Positions 1-13,780 of a stretch of DNA of 64,000 nucleotides are shown piece by piece. The DNA is taken from positions 1,550,001 to 1,614,000 of the forward strand of contig CAKKNE010000004.1 of assembly GCA_918797485.1 (NCBI GenBank), read 5' to 3'. The notes beneath the pieces were generated by a model that was not told the DNA's origin, searched no databases, and saw only the letters and a list, made by a program, of their open reading frames with translations. Both the position numbers and the translations under genes were made by a program. This DNA is from Pelagomonas calceolata. Taxonomy: Eukaryota. Positions within the stretch are counted from its first letter, which is position 1. Each line of letters opens with the position of its first letter.

Positions 1-154
1 TGACGCAAATTCGAAGGGTAGTACGAACCCTCGGAATTAAAGCGGCTAAGACAGTCCGCCCGAGTGCCACCACCCTGGGCCTTAAGAATGATACACTATC
101 TAGTTTCGTGAACGGCCCAGGCCCAAGTCCAGGCCCGGATGTATGTGAAAACAG

Positions 155-429
155 ATAGGAAGGGTATAAGGATAGGGGATAGGGGGTACCTACCGTGGCG
201 GTATTAAATCACACTTACCCTTTTTATACTACAAGTAAGGGTCACGGTAAGCACTTAAAGTTGCGAATGTGCAAGACCAAAGGAGTACGCACCTTTGGGA
301 GTACGGCGGCTGAGATAGTCTGCCGCGGAGCTACCTTAAATACACTAAGTAGTTTTGGTTTTAACTGTGTTTATTACGCGTTGCGTGTTGAAGGGTGATG
401 TAAGTGTATAGGAAGGGTATAGGATAGGG
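155..429. repeat. Short purine-rich direct repeat ATAGGAAGGGTATA(A)GGATAGGG, 2 copies (155-177, 408-429)
   Basis: Two near-identical 22-23 bp copies read directly; probably part of a repeat truncated by the window edge. Confidence 0.55.
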
Positions 430-1474
430 GGGGGGGTATTTCGCCCTATTTATCGCACTCCCCCTTTTCATGAGGGTAAGCTCTTGTTTCCCTTAGGAGA
501 ATATGGGGTGAAACTTGAAATTGTCCTCCATCCTTTTCGTTCGTTTCATTGAACTGTGCATTTTGGTATATATCATCAGGTAGCACATGGGCATTTGCCT
601 CTCAATGAATACACTTAATCCTCCACGTAAGAATTGGTAGAGTGTTCTGTAGGTTGGTTTGTGGTGGTCGTAGTTCGTGATAATGTAGCGTTGAGATGTC
701 GAATGATTATGTCAAATTCCTTAGTCGTCATACCCGCTGGGTTGCCGGCAGCTGCGCGCTGTTGGCTTACCGTTTTCTTCAATTTCCATTGCACCATTGG
801 CAACTTGAAGTTGTCTCTTGGCTTTCAAGTTATGAAAAGTACCAGTCTATCCTGGTCCTTCGTCTATCGAAATGTGCGTTGTGGCAATGAATGGACAATT
901 GACGCGCTCAGGCTAAAGCATAAAATTTTGATTTCCGATGTAAGTTCAAGTTCAACTTGACTCGGAAGTGGGGAACTTGAGTTTGATTTGTTCCTAGTAG
1001 TCTGTCCAGTCGCAGAATTGGATTCAGCGGCTGATTCGGCAGCTGATTGATTTCCGGACAATGCCAGTGGTACATTGTCAATGCTGCCTGCCAGTGCCAG
1101 TGCACGACCGGCGTGACCGTGACCGCCGTGACGCTGCTGCACGTATCTGCCATCTTTGTTGAAATGTATAGGAATTTCGAGCAGTGAATTCTCCGGGATT
1201 AATCTTGCTGTCGTCACGGCGCTGTTGGTATTATCATTTGGTTATGCCTAAGACTCGAGCCGCTGACGCCGCTGGTACCAGGTACCGTAGGTACGTTAAC
1301 GTGCGAGTGATACAAGGCCGGCAGCTGATAGTTTATGACACCAGGGCTGGAGTGGGAGGCTCAGAGTTGGTGAGAATATCACGTCGTATCGGAAAAATGC
1401 CGGAATAATGGGACAAACAAAGATAAAAAACCAGATAAGCACGTGATGGAAATTAGAGAAGCCAAGTGAAGTCA

Positions 1475-4400
1475 ATGTTGGGTCAGCTCAAAGCTACGTT
1501 TCGCTCAGCGCCACAGCATGATGATGAGCCTGAGGTTGAGTCGATTCTGAAGAAATCACGCTTCAATTTTTACCAGGAGTACGTCGAAGGGGTGCAACGA
1601 AGGAAGATGGAAGAAATGAAAAATGACTCAATCCTACAGGAACGGCTCACCCAAGCAACCGAGCGTGACTTGATGGAGAGTGAAGAGCAACTTTCTTGGA
1701 ATGCATATGAACTACCTTTGCGCAACCGAATGCGATTGATCAAACGACATTTGGACACACAACGTCAAGCTAAGGAAACACGGCTTCGACGTCTCAAGGA
1801 TGAAGTTCGACTGAAGGAGGAGGGTTTCACATACCACAATGGCGTCTTGAAGGAGTTTTCGCGATGGCGGGACTCACCAGCGTTGTTCCGCTACTACCAC
1901 GGACACAAGGGCCAGGTCTATGCTTTCAAAATGTCCGAGTCACTAGACTGCTTCCTCTCTGCGTCGGCGGACACAACCCTTAAGCTCTGGGATTTCACTA
2001 GTGGCACATGTGTCCGTACCTTTGAGGGCCATGGCAAGGCTGTACGCGACTGCGATCTGTCGCCAGGGTTCTCTATAAACAACCGCGGTGGACTTGGTCT
2101 CGCCGTTTCCTGTTCAACTGATAAAACTTTGCGCATTTGGGATGCGCGAACCGGCGGACTCCGTAAGGAGATACGGGGGCACACCGATGTGGTCTATGCA
2201 ACACGCTTTTCGCCCGACGGGCGTCAAATTTGCTCTGCATCTGCCGACTGCACCGTTCGCCTCTTTGATGCCCTTGAGGGCCACCTGAACTATATTTTTT
2301 ATGGTCATGAGTCTGCTGTCGTATCCATTTCCTACGCTCCATCTGGACGTTATATTGCAAGTTCTTCTGACTATGGTGAACGTGCTGTCAAGCTGTGGGA
2401 CGCAGATGTGCCCGCAACCAGAAGCGTGAAGCCAATCACCGTGCGTATCCAATGGACGCTTGAGGGTCTCATTTCCCGAATCACCCTTGTCACTGATCCG
2501 CCCAGAGCGCTTCTTGAGCCCCCCCAGAAAGATCGACTGTCAGACCATTTTAGTGAAAAGCGCCAGGATCCATGGGATCTGCTGACCGACGGCGAAGACG
2601 AAGAAAGCGAGCACGAACGTCGCCAGCGTGAGAAAGAGGAGAGCCGGAAGCAGTGTGATGCAGAACCTCGACTTCGAGAGTGCTCCATACAGACGGCCCC
2701 TGATGTCAAAGAGTCTGGTGGATTTACCTTGAGCGTTGCGTCGGTTGATCGATTTGGGCGATCAGCACAAGTGGATCAATACTATGGTGGGGTGACTCTG
2801 CAAATAATTTTGCGAGGTGTCAATGCTATAGCTGAGTTTTTTGTCGGCTCATACATAAAGAGTTCGATTCATGACACATTTATCGAAAACAGCGGTCGGC
2901 GCAGCGGTCAATTTTCATGCAGCTTGCCATTAGGAATTCGCCACTCATGCGATAGGGCAGCCATACATACAAGGCGCTTTGACGCTAAGTCTGAGATCAT
3001 TTTATCCTGGCAAGCGCCCTCCTGTGGTTCTGGGACGCTCATCATGCGGGCAAACGTCGCAGCTGCTGCCGAGAGCAATAACGAAATCAATCGAATTGCA
3101 CTGTCATATACACTTAAGGAGGTTGAGCCGCCGAGGAAGGGTAGTGTTCTCTCTGACCTCTCCCAACAGGCAACAACGCTAGGAGGCCATGCTACCATCT
3201 TCAACTTCACAGCTTCAATCCTCCACCAGCTCTTCATTGAGCTTATTCGCAATCGCGATACTGCTGAGGCATCAAATATGGTCAGTCCGGTGAGTCGGCT
3301 TAAGATTCGTGAAGGCCTGAAGCGTGGTGCCAACACGGCAGTTTACAAAGGCAAAGCTACTGTCATGGAGCAGGTAAGTGTCTTCTGTTCTACTCCACTC
3401 AGTAATATCGTGTTTGACTCGCAAACAATGGACTATAGGTGGATAGGTGGATGGCTAATGGAGTTTCAATTCTCAAGGATGCTAAGGACTTGTCGCCAGG
3501 TAAAAGTATGGGCGTGCTGCTCCATGGCGTGCCCCTGGAGTTGCCACCACCAATCAAGCAAGCTCTATCGAAGACCAGTGCCAGACCGATTTCTCAGGAC
3601 CTTGATCAAGCCAAGAAAGAGGTCTCACGCAGACAAGACTGGCGCAACAGAAGGCTTCAATGCTCTGAAGAGGTGCGATCGATGTGGGAGCCATCTGTAG
3701 AGGTAAGTGAGCTACCAAAGCCAGCCGCTGCGTCTGATTCATTGATTAGTGATGGTCGTTACGGTGGCAACTTGCCGCATTTGCAGATGCCGTTGCCATT
3801 TCTCTACCCCATCAACGCCAGGGGCTTTGGAACGCACGATGCTGCTCGCAAGGGTATTGAGGCCATGGACAGCCTAGGTAAGGATGACAACGGAATTGGG
3901 AGATTGGGTAGAGTGCAACGGTCTAATTCGGACCGCCAAGCCCAGGTTCTAGCCCTCTCGAAGTTTGCGCAGCTACGTGGCGTTGCGCAGAGAGCTGATT
4001 CCTCCAGACGTCGTGCTGCCCAGGTTGTTCTTCCTAGTTTTGAGAAGGCAGGCTCCGATTTGGGAACGGCAGGACACGTCCGTGCCAAAGCAGTGCTCGC
4101 TGCAGGTTTCTCTTTCCACCCCCTTCCGGACCGAATTGCGTACAAACGACTCTGTCAACTTCAGCTCGTGGCAAAGATGGCTCCAGTTACTTCACACCGC
4201 GGTGGTGTTGCTTTCCTGATGCACCAAACGGTCATCCAAGATGGGCAGAGGCATAATAATGATATTAGAGGAGGGACATTGTCAAAGAACGAAAAGCCAC
4301 TACTGCGGCGACGGAATTCTTTCCCAGCCCTTCCGGGTCTTACAGCCAAGCCAAAGTCAAAGCTACTAGACCGAAAGGATGAGACTAGATTCGCTGCACT

Positions 4401-6732
4401 TGCTCGCGTTGTCGGCGGCTGCCTTCGGACGTTCTGGGCCAGCAATGGTGACTTCCATTCTCATCACCACACGGTTAACCAAGTCGTATGGTCACTTGAT
4501 GAAAAACGGGTCGCATCTTGTTCAAATGACAAGACTGTACGTCTCTGGGCGCCCCAAACAGGCCAATGTGTACGTACGCTTGTTGGTCATGACGACGCTG
4601 TTATGGGATGTGCGTTTTCTGAGGATGGCCTCCGTCTTGTTTCTGCTGGTATGGATAACTTCCTCATACTGTGGAACACTGTGAACGGCGAAATGTTACG
4701 AAGATTCTTTGGTCACGACGACGTTATCTATCGTTGTGTACTTTTTCGTAACTCATCAGCCATGCTCTCGTGCTCATCTGATAGAACGCTTAAGTCTTGG
4801 TTCCTCACACCACAGCCACCCGATCCCCCGGCTCGACCAGCAGTATCAGATGCAGGCCAACGTGCCGCTCATGTTGCTTGGCGCGCCCCACCAGCTTACA
4901 ATGACGATATTGTTGCTTACAAGATACAATGGCGTGTCGGTCTCCGTGTGTCATTTAAGAACGAGACAACAGTTGATGGTTCAACTTTCAAAAAACAAGT
5001 TGATGGCCTCAGGCCGGGCCAGAATTACCAGTTCCGCATCTGTGCTGTTAATCGCATGGGCCAAGGAGACTGGTCAGAACCATCGGCACAGCACGTCACC
5101 CAGGTTGGCATCCCCGAGCCCCTCGAGCAGCCTGTTGTCATCCGGTCGTGGTTCCGTCCGCGTAGAATTGTTTTTTGCTGGCATGCGCCTCTTGCTACAG
5201 TCGAGGGTACAGCAATCCATCGGTTCCGGGTCCAATGTGCGGGCGAAGGTAGCGCCTTTGCCACTCGGCCTGACTTTGAAAAATTCATTACGTGGAAGGA
5301 GGGTCGTGCATTGGCACAGCACGTCGAGGCTGCCCTGAAAGACCAGATTCGAGAGGATGTGAACATCTGGCAGCGATCAGGACCTGCCACTAAGGGCAAG
5401 ACTTTCGAGGTCCCAGAGTGTGCCCTGGTCAAATTTAATCATGAGACGACTGCTATGGCCAATGACGAAAAGTTCTTGCCCGAGGAGCGCAATCCTAGAC
5501 TCCCCAGCATCAATCGGCGTTGGCGCCGCACTATCAAATGTGTTCCTCAGAATGAGCAGAAAAGACGAGACGACCTTCGATTTGCTAAATTGAACAAGGG
5601 AATTCTCATGGCCGCCGCATTTGATGAGCTCAAACCCGGGTTTGATTATCGTTGTCGTGTATCTGCAATCTCATCTGTTGGCGAGGGCCCATTCTCATTG
5701 CCAACATACAATGCCAAGACCCCTCCAGATTATCCGGCAAATCCGAGATGTCCCGTAGTCAAAGCGCTCTCTCAGACCGCGCTCAAGCTTAAATGGGTGG
5801 CACCGCTTGAGAATGGGTCTGCGATCATGCGTTTCCTCATTCGACGCAAGGATGTTACAAATGATGTTTCCGAATATACTCGACACGACTCAGAGGCGGT
5901 ATTTGACTGTCTCGAACCAGGGAAAAAGTACTCGTTTCAAATCTGTGCTTTCAATCAGATAGGACCATCCACCTGGAGCCCCTGGAGTGAGCCTACATCA
6001 ACACTTACAGCTCTCCCCAAGGTTCCGGAGCGTCCCACAGTCCTCGAAGCCACCATTACTGCGGTGACACTCCGCTGTGTTAAACCACATAACTCTGGCA
6101 AGATAATCTCGACGATTGTCGTTCAGCGGCGCGAGCTCCGACCTGGCGGTGTCAAGTCAGAATGGGCAAGCAAAACGAGATTCCCCCCTAACCCAGGTGG
6201 AACCGGAGTTGCTTGTATCTTTACTATTTCCCCCCTCGAACCGTACACGGTATACCAGTTTCGATGTGCTGCAATTAATGCGCACGGGCAGTCAGACTGG
6301 TCGCTACCATCATTCCGGATACGTACCTGCAAAGCACAACCGCCAGCTGCGCCCCAGCACCCAAGAGTTGCAGAGGTACACCCTGCAAGTGTACACCTCA
6401 TATGGATCGCCCCAGACCCTAAAGGGTGTCCGATAATTGGCCATGCTCTCGAACTCAAGCGCCTGCGCAGAGAGGTCGCGTTCTTAGATACACACGAGAT
6501 GCTTCAAACTGAAAGAAATGATGCCGCCAGCAACACGGATCGCGAGACTGATGGTATTGTCTCCTCGCTGGATATTGGCTACACGAACAAATATGAAGCA
6601 GAGAATCTCGAGCCCTCTGCGAAGTATATATTTCGTGTGGCTGCTTACAATGGTAAAGGGCAGGGCGACTGGTCCTGCTGGTCCGACACATTCACAGGTG
6701 GTTTCGCAATACCGTTGGAGACAGCACAGTAA
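1475..6732 (+). CDS. Large WD40-repeat / Reeler-like / fibronectin type III multidomain protein (~1730 aa, 2 exons)
   Basis: ORFs 1466-3700 and 3439-6732 join in phase 0 across a GT-AG intron at 3374-3438 (CAG|GTAAGT...TATAG|GTG). GH...WD repeats (GHKGQV...LKLWD, GHTDVV...VRLFD, GHDDAV...LILWN), several FN3 repeats (LRPGQNYQFRICAVNRMGQGDWS) and a Reeler-like segment (KSEIILSWQAPSCGSGTLIMRANV). Confidence 0.85.
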
Positions 6733-6877
6733 CTTCATAGCATCTGATCTTCAGGAGGAAAGTTATTGAGTTATTGATATGAACGGAAAGTCTTGGTATG
6801 CGATTATTCGGCGCGGGCAGTCTTGGTATGTGAGCACAGCCACTAACCTTAGGGGGCTAGGCCGGATGATGATGATG

Positions 6878-6941
6878 TAAGTAAATAAATAAAAACTTCA
6901 TAAATAACTTGAAAAATAAATAAATAAATAAATAAATAAAC
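6878..6941 (-). repeat. (TTTA)n tract on the minus strand, probable tail of a short non-LTR retroelement remnant
   Basis: Run of TAAA units on the + strand; the same TTTA tail follows LINE 3' ends at 18523 and 63592. Confidence 0.5.
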
Positions 6942-7098
6942 TTGAGAAAGAGAGCAGTTGCATTAACTTGAGCTTGTAATAAAATTTGGTGGTTTACTAC
7001 AAGTATATCCAAGAGCCCGGGGGATCCTAGCCAGGATAAACCTCCGGTCACGTATCAAATTTGGGAATCGTGGCCGGGCGGGTTGCTAGGACGGAGGC

Positions 7099-8020
7099 TC
7101 AATGTCCCATGACACCTTTTGTCGTCACAAGGAGTACCTCGCAAGATAGTCGTTCACTTCCACTCAAAGCCTGGCTGGCGCAGAGGCCACGAGAGGCATC
7201 GGCTACCCGCGAAACCCTAGATCGACCAATTGCGTCATTTCGCTTTATATCAAATAACACCATACCCTCCATCATGCGGAGACAGCAGTCAAGGGCTGAT
7301 GGACGTAAGTCACAAATGGGGCCATCACGATAGTGACGAAGGTCTCGGTGGTCCGTGGCACGCGCATCATATAGATAGGAGATCGCAGCTGTTAAGATGC
7401 ACTTGTGGCCATCAAGCTCACAGAGCTTATCAAAAGCACTGCAGTGGCGATGTTGTCGCAATCGCCAAACCAACTCAAACATCTTTGCAACTAGCAGCTC
7501 TTCACCGTAAGTCCGCTTTACCTCGGGGCCATTCAAGGAACAGCACAACTGAAAAAGGCGGATACCCAAACATTCTACGACCAACCTGAGCTCAAGACAT
7601 GAACCCCAGGCTTCTCTTCTTGCCGCAATGCAAAGTACCGCGCATGCATCGTGAACTGTTGTTAGACCATCTTGGTCCATGCAAAATGCACCAGCGCACG
7701 AGACCATGCATGGCTCCAACATTAGAATTACGTGCCCCCCCCGATTAATAGCGTTTGCAAGCATTTCTGCTGATAGATCACGGAGCTTTGACGGGGACCC
7801 TTCGCCTGTACGAATTATTGCAGCCTGAGACACATTTGACTGGCCAAATAAGGCAACATTAGAGAGTAGGAACGCACTGCCATGAGGTGCGCATTAGCAG
7901 CAGTCCACTCGAACACACCCACTTCCCTATCGAGACTTCTAACGATTAGTGCCGCACCAGCAGCAAAGCGAGCATCTTTTGGAATGTGGTCACGTGTCTT
8001 TGACCGCCGAAAAGACGATG
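7099..8020 (-). CDS. Hypothetical helical-repeat-like protein, possibly truncated
   Basis: 244-aa ORF 7099-7833; an upstream exon (…DHIPKDARFAAGAALIVRSLDREVGVFEWTAANAHLMA) can join through a GTGCGT…TCTCAG intron. No family recognised; flanked by repeats on both sides. Confidence 0.4.
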
Positions 8021-8170
8021 CCTACTGCACTAGTGAGCTAATCTCAATATAATTCGGCCCGGTTTGAAACCAGCTCGACGCAGCATCGGTGCTGACTCGA
8101 CGGAATGCGTTGGAATGATTGCATGAAGTAGGAGCCTTGACGGACAGGTTATGGTTCCAAGAGTACTATA

Positions 8171-9307
8171 CTTACATGGGGGGGTCACTAGGGGGAAACC
8201 GCCATTTTACCTCCGTCCTGCCCAGGCTGTGTGGCAATTGGGGCTGCCTGCGGCCCAAGGGTTGCATCTGGTACTGGCTGCGCCCCCGCACCTACAGCAC
8301 GCCGACGTGAGGGCGTCACATGCGAAGTTTCAGCAGCGGCGGCTGCCGAGAAGGGCTTCATCGACTGCTTCTTGATCTTGCGATAGGCGACGATCGGCCC
8401 CCCGCGAGTCAATATCGGGCGGATGACGCACTTTTTTGCGGAAAGCCCGAGTAGGCATGTTCGCCGGCCATTTGGAACGAAAAAGTGCGTCATCCACCCA
8501 CGGGACCACGCACTCATTCGTTTCCAAGACGGCCGCAAACAGGGCCTCGAACCTGCCGACACGGCGGTCTCTCGCTGGAGTAACGACCGGAATCGATGGT
8601 CGGCATGGTAGGCGACCTCCCACCGCCGCGGCGACGCTCAGAGGCTGCACTAAGGCCTCAAAGACATTGCCTCGAGATAGAGCAATTTGCTTTCGGATCT
8701 CCGCGAGCGAATATCGGGTGGGTAACCAATGTTTTGATGGATCGGCGTTCTAGGCTTACTCGACGGCCATTCCGAACGAAAAGGTTGGTTACCCACCCAC
8801 AAGATCATGCACTTATTCGTTTCCGAAGACAGCCGAAAATGGGCCCGCGACGGTGCATCTTACGGCGTTTTTTCGCTGGATTTTCCATCGCGATCCTTAG
8901 TCGGTATGGTTTGGCGCTGCCTCGCGGAGCCACGACGCTCAACGGCTGCGTTAAGGCCATATGCACACCATTTTGTGATATAGTACTTGTATAAATTTAT
9001 TAATTTTGTACCCGTCCCGGGACTGCGGGAGGGGTGGAGAGACCACTGAAAGAGACGTTTCGCGTGGAGGCTCCGATCCTCATAATAGCAAATTTTAGCT
9101 AAAATTGCTAAACGTTTTTGCCGTCGTTCTCGGCCAATATTGCGCCTGCGCGCAAAAGAAAAGCTGCCGAGGGCCGCGTGGGTGCTCACACGCCCACACG
9201 CACCGCGCACTGCCGCCGGGAAGCCGCACGGGCAGCCGCACGGACGCCAACCGCACATAGGACGCAAGTCGTATGGCGGTTTCCCCCTAGTGACCCCCCC
9301 ATATAAG
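8171..9307. mobile_element. Non-autonomous TIR DNA transposon (~1.14 kb, 35-bp TIRs)
   Basis: CTTACATGGGGGGGTCACTAGGGGGAAACCGCCAT (8171-8205) is the reverse complement of 9273-9307 with one mismatch. Contains a diverged internal duplication of ~300-bp period (about 8465-8660 vs 8765-8960). No clean TSD and no transposase ORF. Confidence 0.8.
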
Positions 9308-9789
9308 GTTAGTTCCTCTTGATGGTTCGAGGTCCCTTGACCCGCACGTTGCGCGTGGAGTGCACGACCGCCCTAGCCCGACGGATGGGTCCCGGGACGC
9401 CCATCCGGTTGTCTAGGCTATTTTTGCCGGTCAGACTTGTCTGTGGCCATGGTAGCGAAACGGCCATATGAGCTCCTCTGACGCCGAGTTTCAGCGAAAA
9501 CGGCCGCTGAAGGCCACGATCCAACACGGTCGCAAACTGGGGCACGGCTCATTTCAAGGCTTCTAGCCGCTGTTGGAGCAAGGGAGGCTTTGAGAAGCGC
9601 CGTCGAGGCAACTCCTAGCTCATTGGCTTTCCAGTTGTAACGACAAGGGATCACCTCGGATATACCAACAGGCACCTCACGTAGTTTTCTTATTTCTCGT
9701 GACGATTAGACGACTGGGCCCTTTGTCCGCGCCCGTGGTGCACGACTCAGCACCACGTGTGCTGTATAAATCCGGCCGAGCAAAACTAC

Positions 9790-12700
9790 TCATTTCTCAT
9801 AGAAAAGTCCAATGCAGATGTTCATCCCGGCCAATTCATTTTTCAGATACCTACATTTCTTAGTTGAATAATTTAAGATCTGCAGCAAATCACCTGAAAA
9901 CGTAGGGTATGGTGATGGATGCAAGAGTCAGAATATGTCCTTTGCCAGACGAGTTCGGCGGGTGAAGAGCGAGCACTGCTCCACACCTCGTGTCGACAAA
10001 AACACGAGCAGGATGACTGTCAGAACAAATCACGAGCCTATCATGTAGAAGGAAAGAAATGCCGTGTGCAAGCAATGAGTCTCTCTCCATTTCACCCAGA
10101 CGGATTCCACCATGTCTTTTCCGACCTTTGACGGGTTGTTGTGTGAGTGGATGTACAGGACCGGTCCCACGAACTTGCGATTTGTCAGATACCATATGAC
10201 GCAGGCGCTGATAGTATACAATCCCCACGAATATCTCCATGCGCATTAATAGACCAGATAGTCCCGAGTAAACCTGTCCAAATTATATATTCCAATAGAT
10301 CTTGATCTCCACGCAGCTATTGAGACTGGTTCAGATCCAAAATATTCATAGCCAGCCGCACAAAGCTGGGAACCTGGGAAGTGGGATCTAGAAGAAACGG
10401 AAGAGTGAAATGCACCAAAGAAGTCTACAGCTTTACGATGTTCTTGAAATGCAAATGGCGTGCCATCGTGGAAACGACCACATGACGCAGCGGATTTCCC
10501 AGCCATTGATTCAATGAGCATCCCAATAGTCATTCGCGATGGGAACCTTGAGTCGCAAAAATACTGCTAGAGAAGTAGATACAAATAACATACGCATGTG
10601 GGTTTATGATGATGTCAGGTGTAAGTCCTGACTCGCAGAACGGCATATCACATTCAGGCCATAGAACAGAGAGAACACCTTTCTGACCATGTCGTGACGA
10701 AAACTTGTCCCCAATGACTGGTCTGCGAGGATAACGCAATGTGATGCTAGCTCTGTGTTGAGTAATATCTTTCCTGTTTTCGTTGCACCTGGGACCGGAG
10801 GGTCAATTCTAACACACCCAGGAATGACGACGGGAGGTGCCCTAGAAAGCGTATCGCGTCGACGTAGGCATTCTCCGTGTCTTTGTGTGCTCCAATGATG
10901 TGCTCATTGCAGTTCTCAACGAATGCACACCACAGCGGATCTCCTGGTCCAATCTTCTGCCCAACCGACGGTAACCCATCTTCTCCTAGCATTGGAGCAA
11001 CATACTCAGGGCCATCAGCTGTGTTCTTTGCACCATTATTCGCAGGTTTCATGACAGTATTCTTATTGCCAAAACAAAGTAGGCTAGTTTTACCCAGGGG
11101 GCCCTTCCTACGCTCGGCCTCTGCAGTAAGATCAACAAGCAGCGTCTTATAGACAGTCCCGTGGCCAAAGCCTCGCTCAAACGCAGATTTATTGATAATC
11201 ATTGCATCCTCCATATCGTATCCAGTATATGACACAACCGCAACAATAGAATTCGTCCCCTGGGCATTGAGATCAAGCGTTAAGTTGTGATAATCTCGGG
11301 TGCAGACAAGAGGGGACTGTGGTGTCAGGAGCCGATACATTTTGTGATCACCCCGATGATAAAAAGAATGCGAAGGTGTCCCCATAGTTTGCTTTCCCAT
11401 CTGGCATTGGTACATGTTGCGAGGAGACTGATTGAAGTCTGAAAAAGGTGTCAGGGATGCGAGGAAGGAAAGCATGACTGTGGGGTCTATTTCTGCATGA
11501 GTCTCAGTGACAATGGTCGATATGTTGTCTTCAGGCAACGATAAGCCTGATTTAGTGCACGATATTTGCAACGTGCTTTGTTCAAATGGACCAATCAGTT
11601 CAATCTGTGCCGTCAGGCCACACTGCAACACTGGGCGCACAAGCCGAGCAGGTTGTGAGAATAGGTACAAGCCGGAAAATGGACAAGAGGCACTCAGTCC
11701 TTGTTGTTTGACGTGAGCAATTTCAAGTGTTGTATCAATCCCTATCGCACTGAAAGCCTTGACCTTTAAGCGCCTTAGCACCCAAGATATATTGGCACAC
11801 ACTTCATCTGGTGCGGATCCAAGCACAAAGCCATCAAGGCAGACATGAAGATGGTCGCTCATGCATTTCCAGCTAGTTGTGCATCCTGTTGAATTAGCTC
11901 TACCATTCTTGGCACCATAACCAAGTGACAAAGTTCGCGTCGGTAACATCCCTAATGATATTAGTATGTCAATCAATAAGATACGCCAATTCTTCGTGTT
12001 TGCCGCCATATTACTGCTGTTGCAGACAACGTGTGTTTTAGCAGAAATATGCGACAACAATCCGCATGGGGCACCATCTGGCGTGTGAACAGGGCAAAGA
12101 AAGCCCCAAGCCTCAGGCAAAAGTTTACGGACACTTGTTGTTTTCATGGTGGTGAAGAATTGACCACGATGTACTGAACGGAAGTGGCTCAAGTATCTCC
12201 ACTTATTCAATCGTTCTGCGACTATAGCAAAACCTGTTGTTTGTTGTAGATCCAATCCACTGGAAGAAATTAGATTCCCACTGGCGATGAAGGAAGAAAT
12301 CTTCGACCCCACGACTCCAACGTATCGTCCGAGGATTTTACTACAATATGGCAAAATGTTTTGGTGGATATTTAAGGAACTGTGTGTAAGATCATTTTTA
12401 GCATCACGGCGCATATGAGCTATTGATTGTCCAAGAGTGTCTTCCATCTTCTCTCTGATATAAGCGCTTAGAATGTGTCCTGGCATAAGCAACTCCTGGT
12501 GGCTGACTGAATCCATGTTATCCTCACAGCATTTAGCGTGTACAAAACTGTGCAACTTGCGAGACATGAGTGCAAGAACATCTTGCTTGGCAGACCAGCT
12601 GTTTACGTGCACAGCAATATATCGCTCTAGAAAGAATAGTCCAAACACATCATCGTCAGCATCTTCCGGGAGATTCTGGCGAAAAAGGCTGGCACACATG

Positions 12701-13780
12701 GTGCCCAGTAACGCCAAGGGATTAGCTTTGGTTGAAGATTGATTGGTAAAAAAACCTGCACAAGTGGTGAGATTTACAACGGATAAGAAACAAGGAGGCT
12801 GGCTAGAACTCTGTTTGCTGCCTTCATCTCGAGGTGTGCCCGTGCTTATCGCATGGGAAAAATTACCTTGATCATAAAGATCAGGCATCAGGGCATTGAG
12901 AACGACAACCAGAGGTATCATCAAATCCTGTTTGCGTACAGAAACTCGAAGACGCATACTTCCATTTGAAAGATAGTGTAAAGTCATGGTGCAAGTTGAC
13001 TGATCTGATCGGGCGCAACGCATTGTCACCGCGTATCTAAAATTATTGTGTGAAGGTAACGCTAAATGTCATGAAGCGTACTGGGTATAAAAGGCTCCGC
13101 GTCCTCTGTACACAGGTCGCTGTATTGCCATTGGCATGTTTCGCATCGGCACCTAAGTTGCCGAATTGTTGGTCGCTCTGAAGTGATGATATGAACTCAT
13201 GTGGTGAACTTGAATTAACCTGAGGACCTTTTCCAGACCGTTGATTATGAAATAGCCGCCAAGCTCATCACATTCCTGTGTAGCAAATATTAATCAGCTG
13301 AGCACAGTCAAAAAGTTCTCTGGCGTAGCCCACACACCTCACGGGCAGCAACTAATCCGGCTTCATCTAAGCCCGAGAGGTGACATCTGCGAACAGGGGT
13401 AATTTGCGATGTCCAACTAACTATTAGCACCTATTGGAGAGAACCATGATGGGTAAATACCCTGCTGTCCGGGTAATGGTCCCTCGATCATCAATGCCAT
13501 TCATACCACACTTAAAACTGGCAGTCATGGGCGCTGAATAAGTAATCTTTCGTTCTCGACATTCTCTTGGGGTGATTATTGTTTGGGGATCCTTGTTTAG
13601 TATCGGATAATCAATTGCGATGGCAGTCATTTGCAGCATAACTTGAAGCCTCTCGTGACATCCATCAAAGGCGCATTCATGTGGAAGCGCGCAATCCACA
13701 GCACTACTTAGGTCATGCTGGAGGAACTGATTGAAGCTGTGGAGATGATGGACGGCCGCGGATTGCATCAGACGGACCAT
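9790..13780 (-). CDS. RPA2: DNA-directed RNA polymerase I second-largest subunit (RPA2/RPA135), multi-exon
   Basis: Motifs [98 protein letters not shown] and LRHMVSDK are Pol I-type. ORF pieces are joined by ~50-60 bp GT-AG introns. Confidence 0.93.

Noticed and set aside
8171..9307. This C…G-ended TIR element as the source of the octamer footprints
   Set aside because: The flanks (TA left, GT right) show no 2-bp duplication, so the link cannot be supported from this copy.
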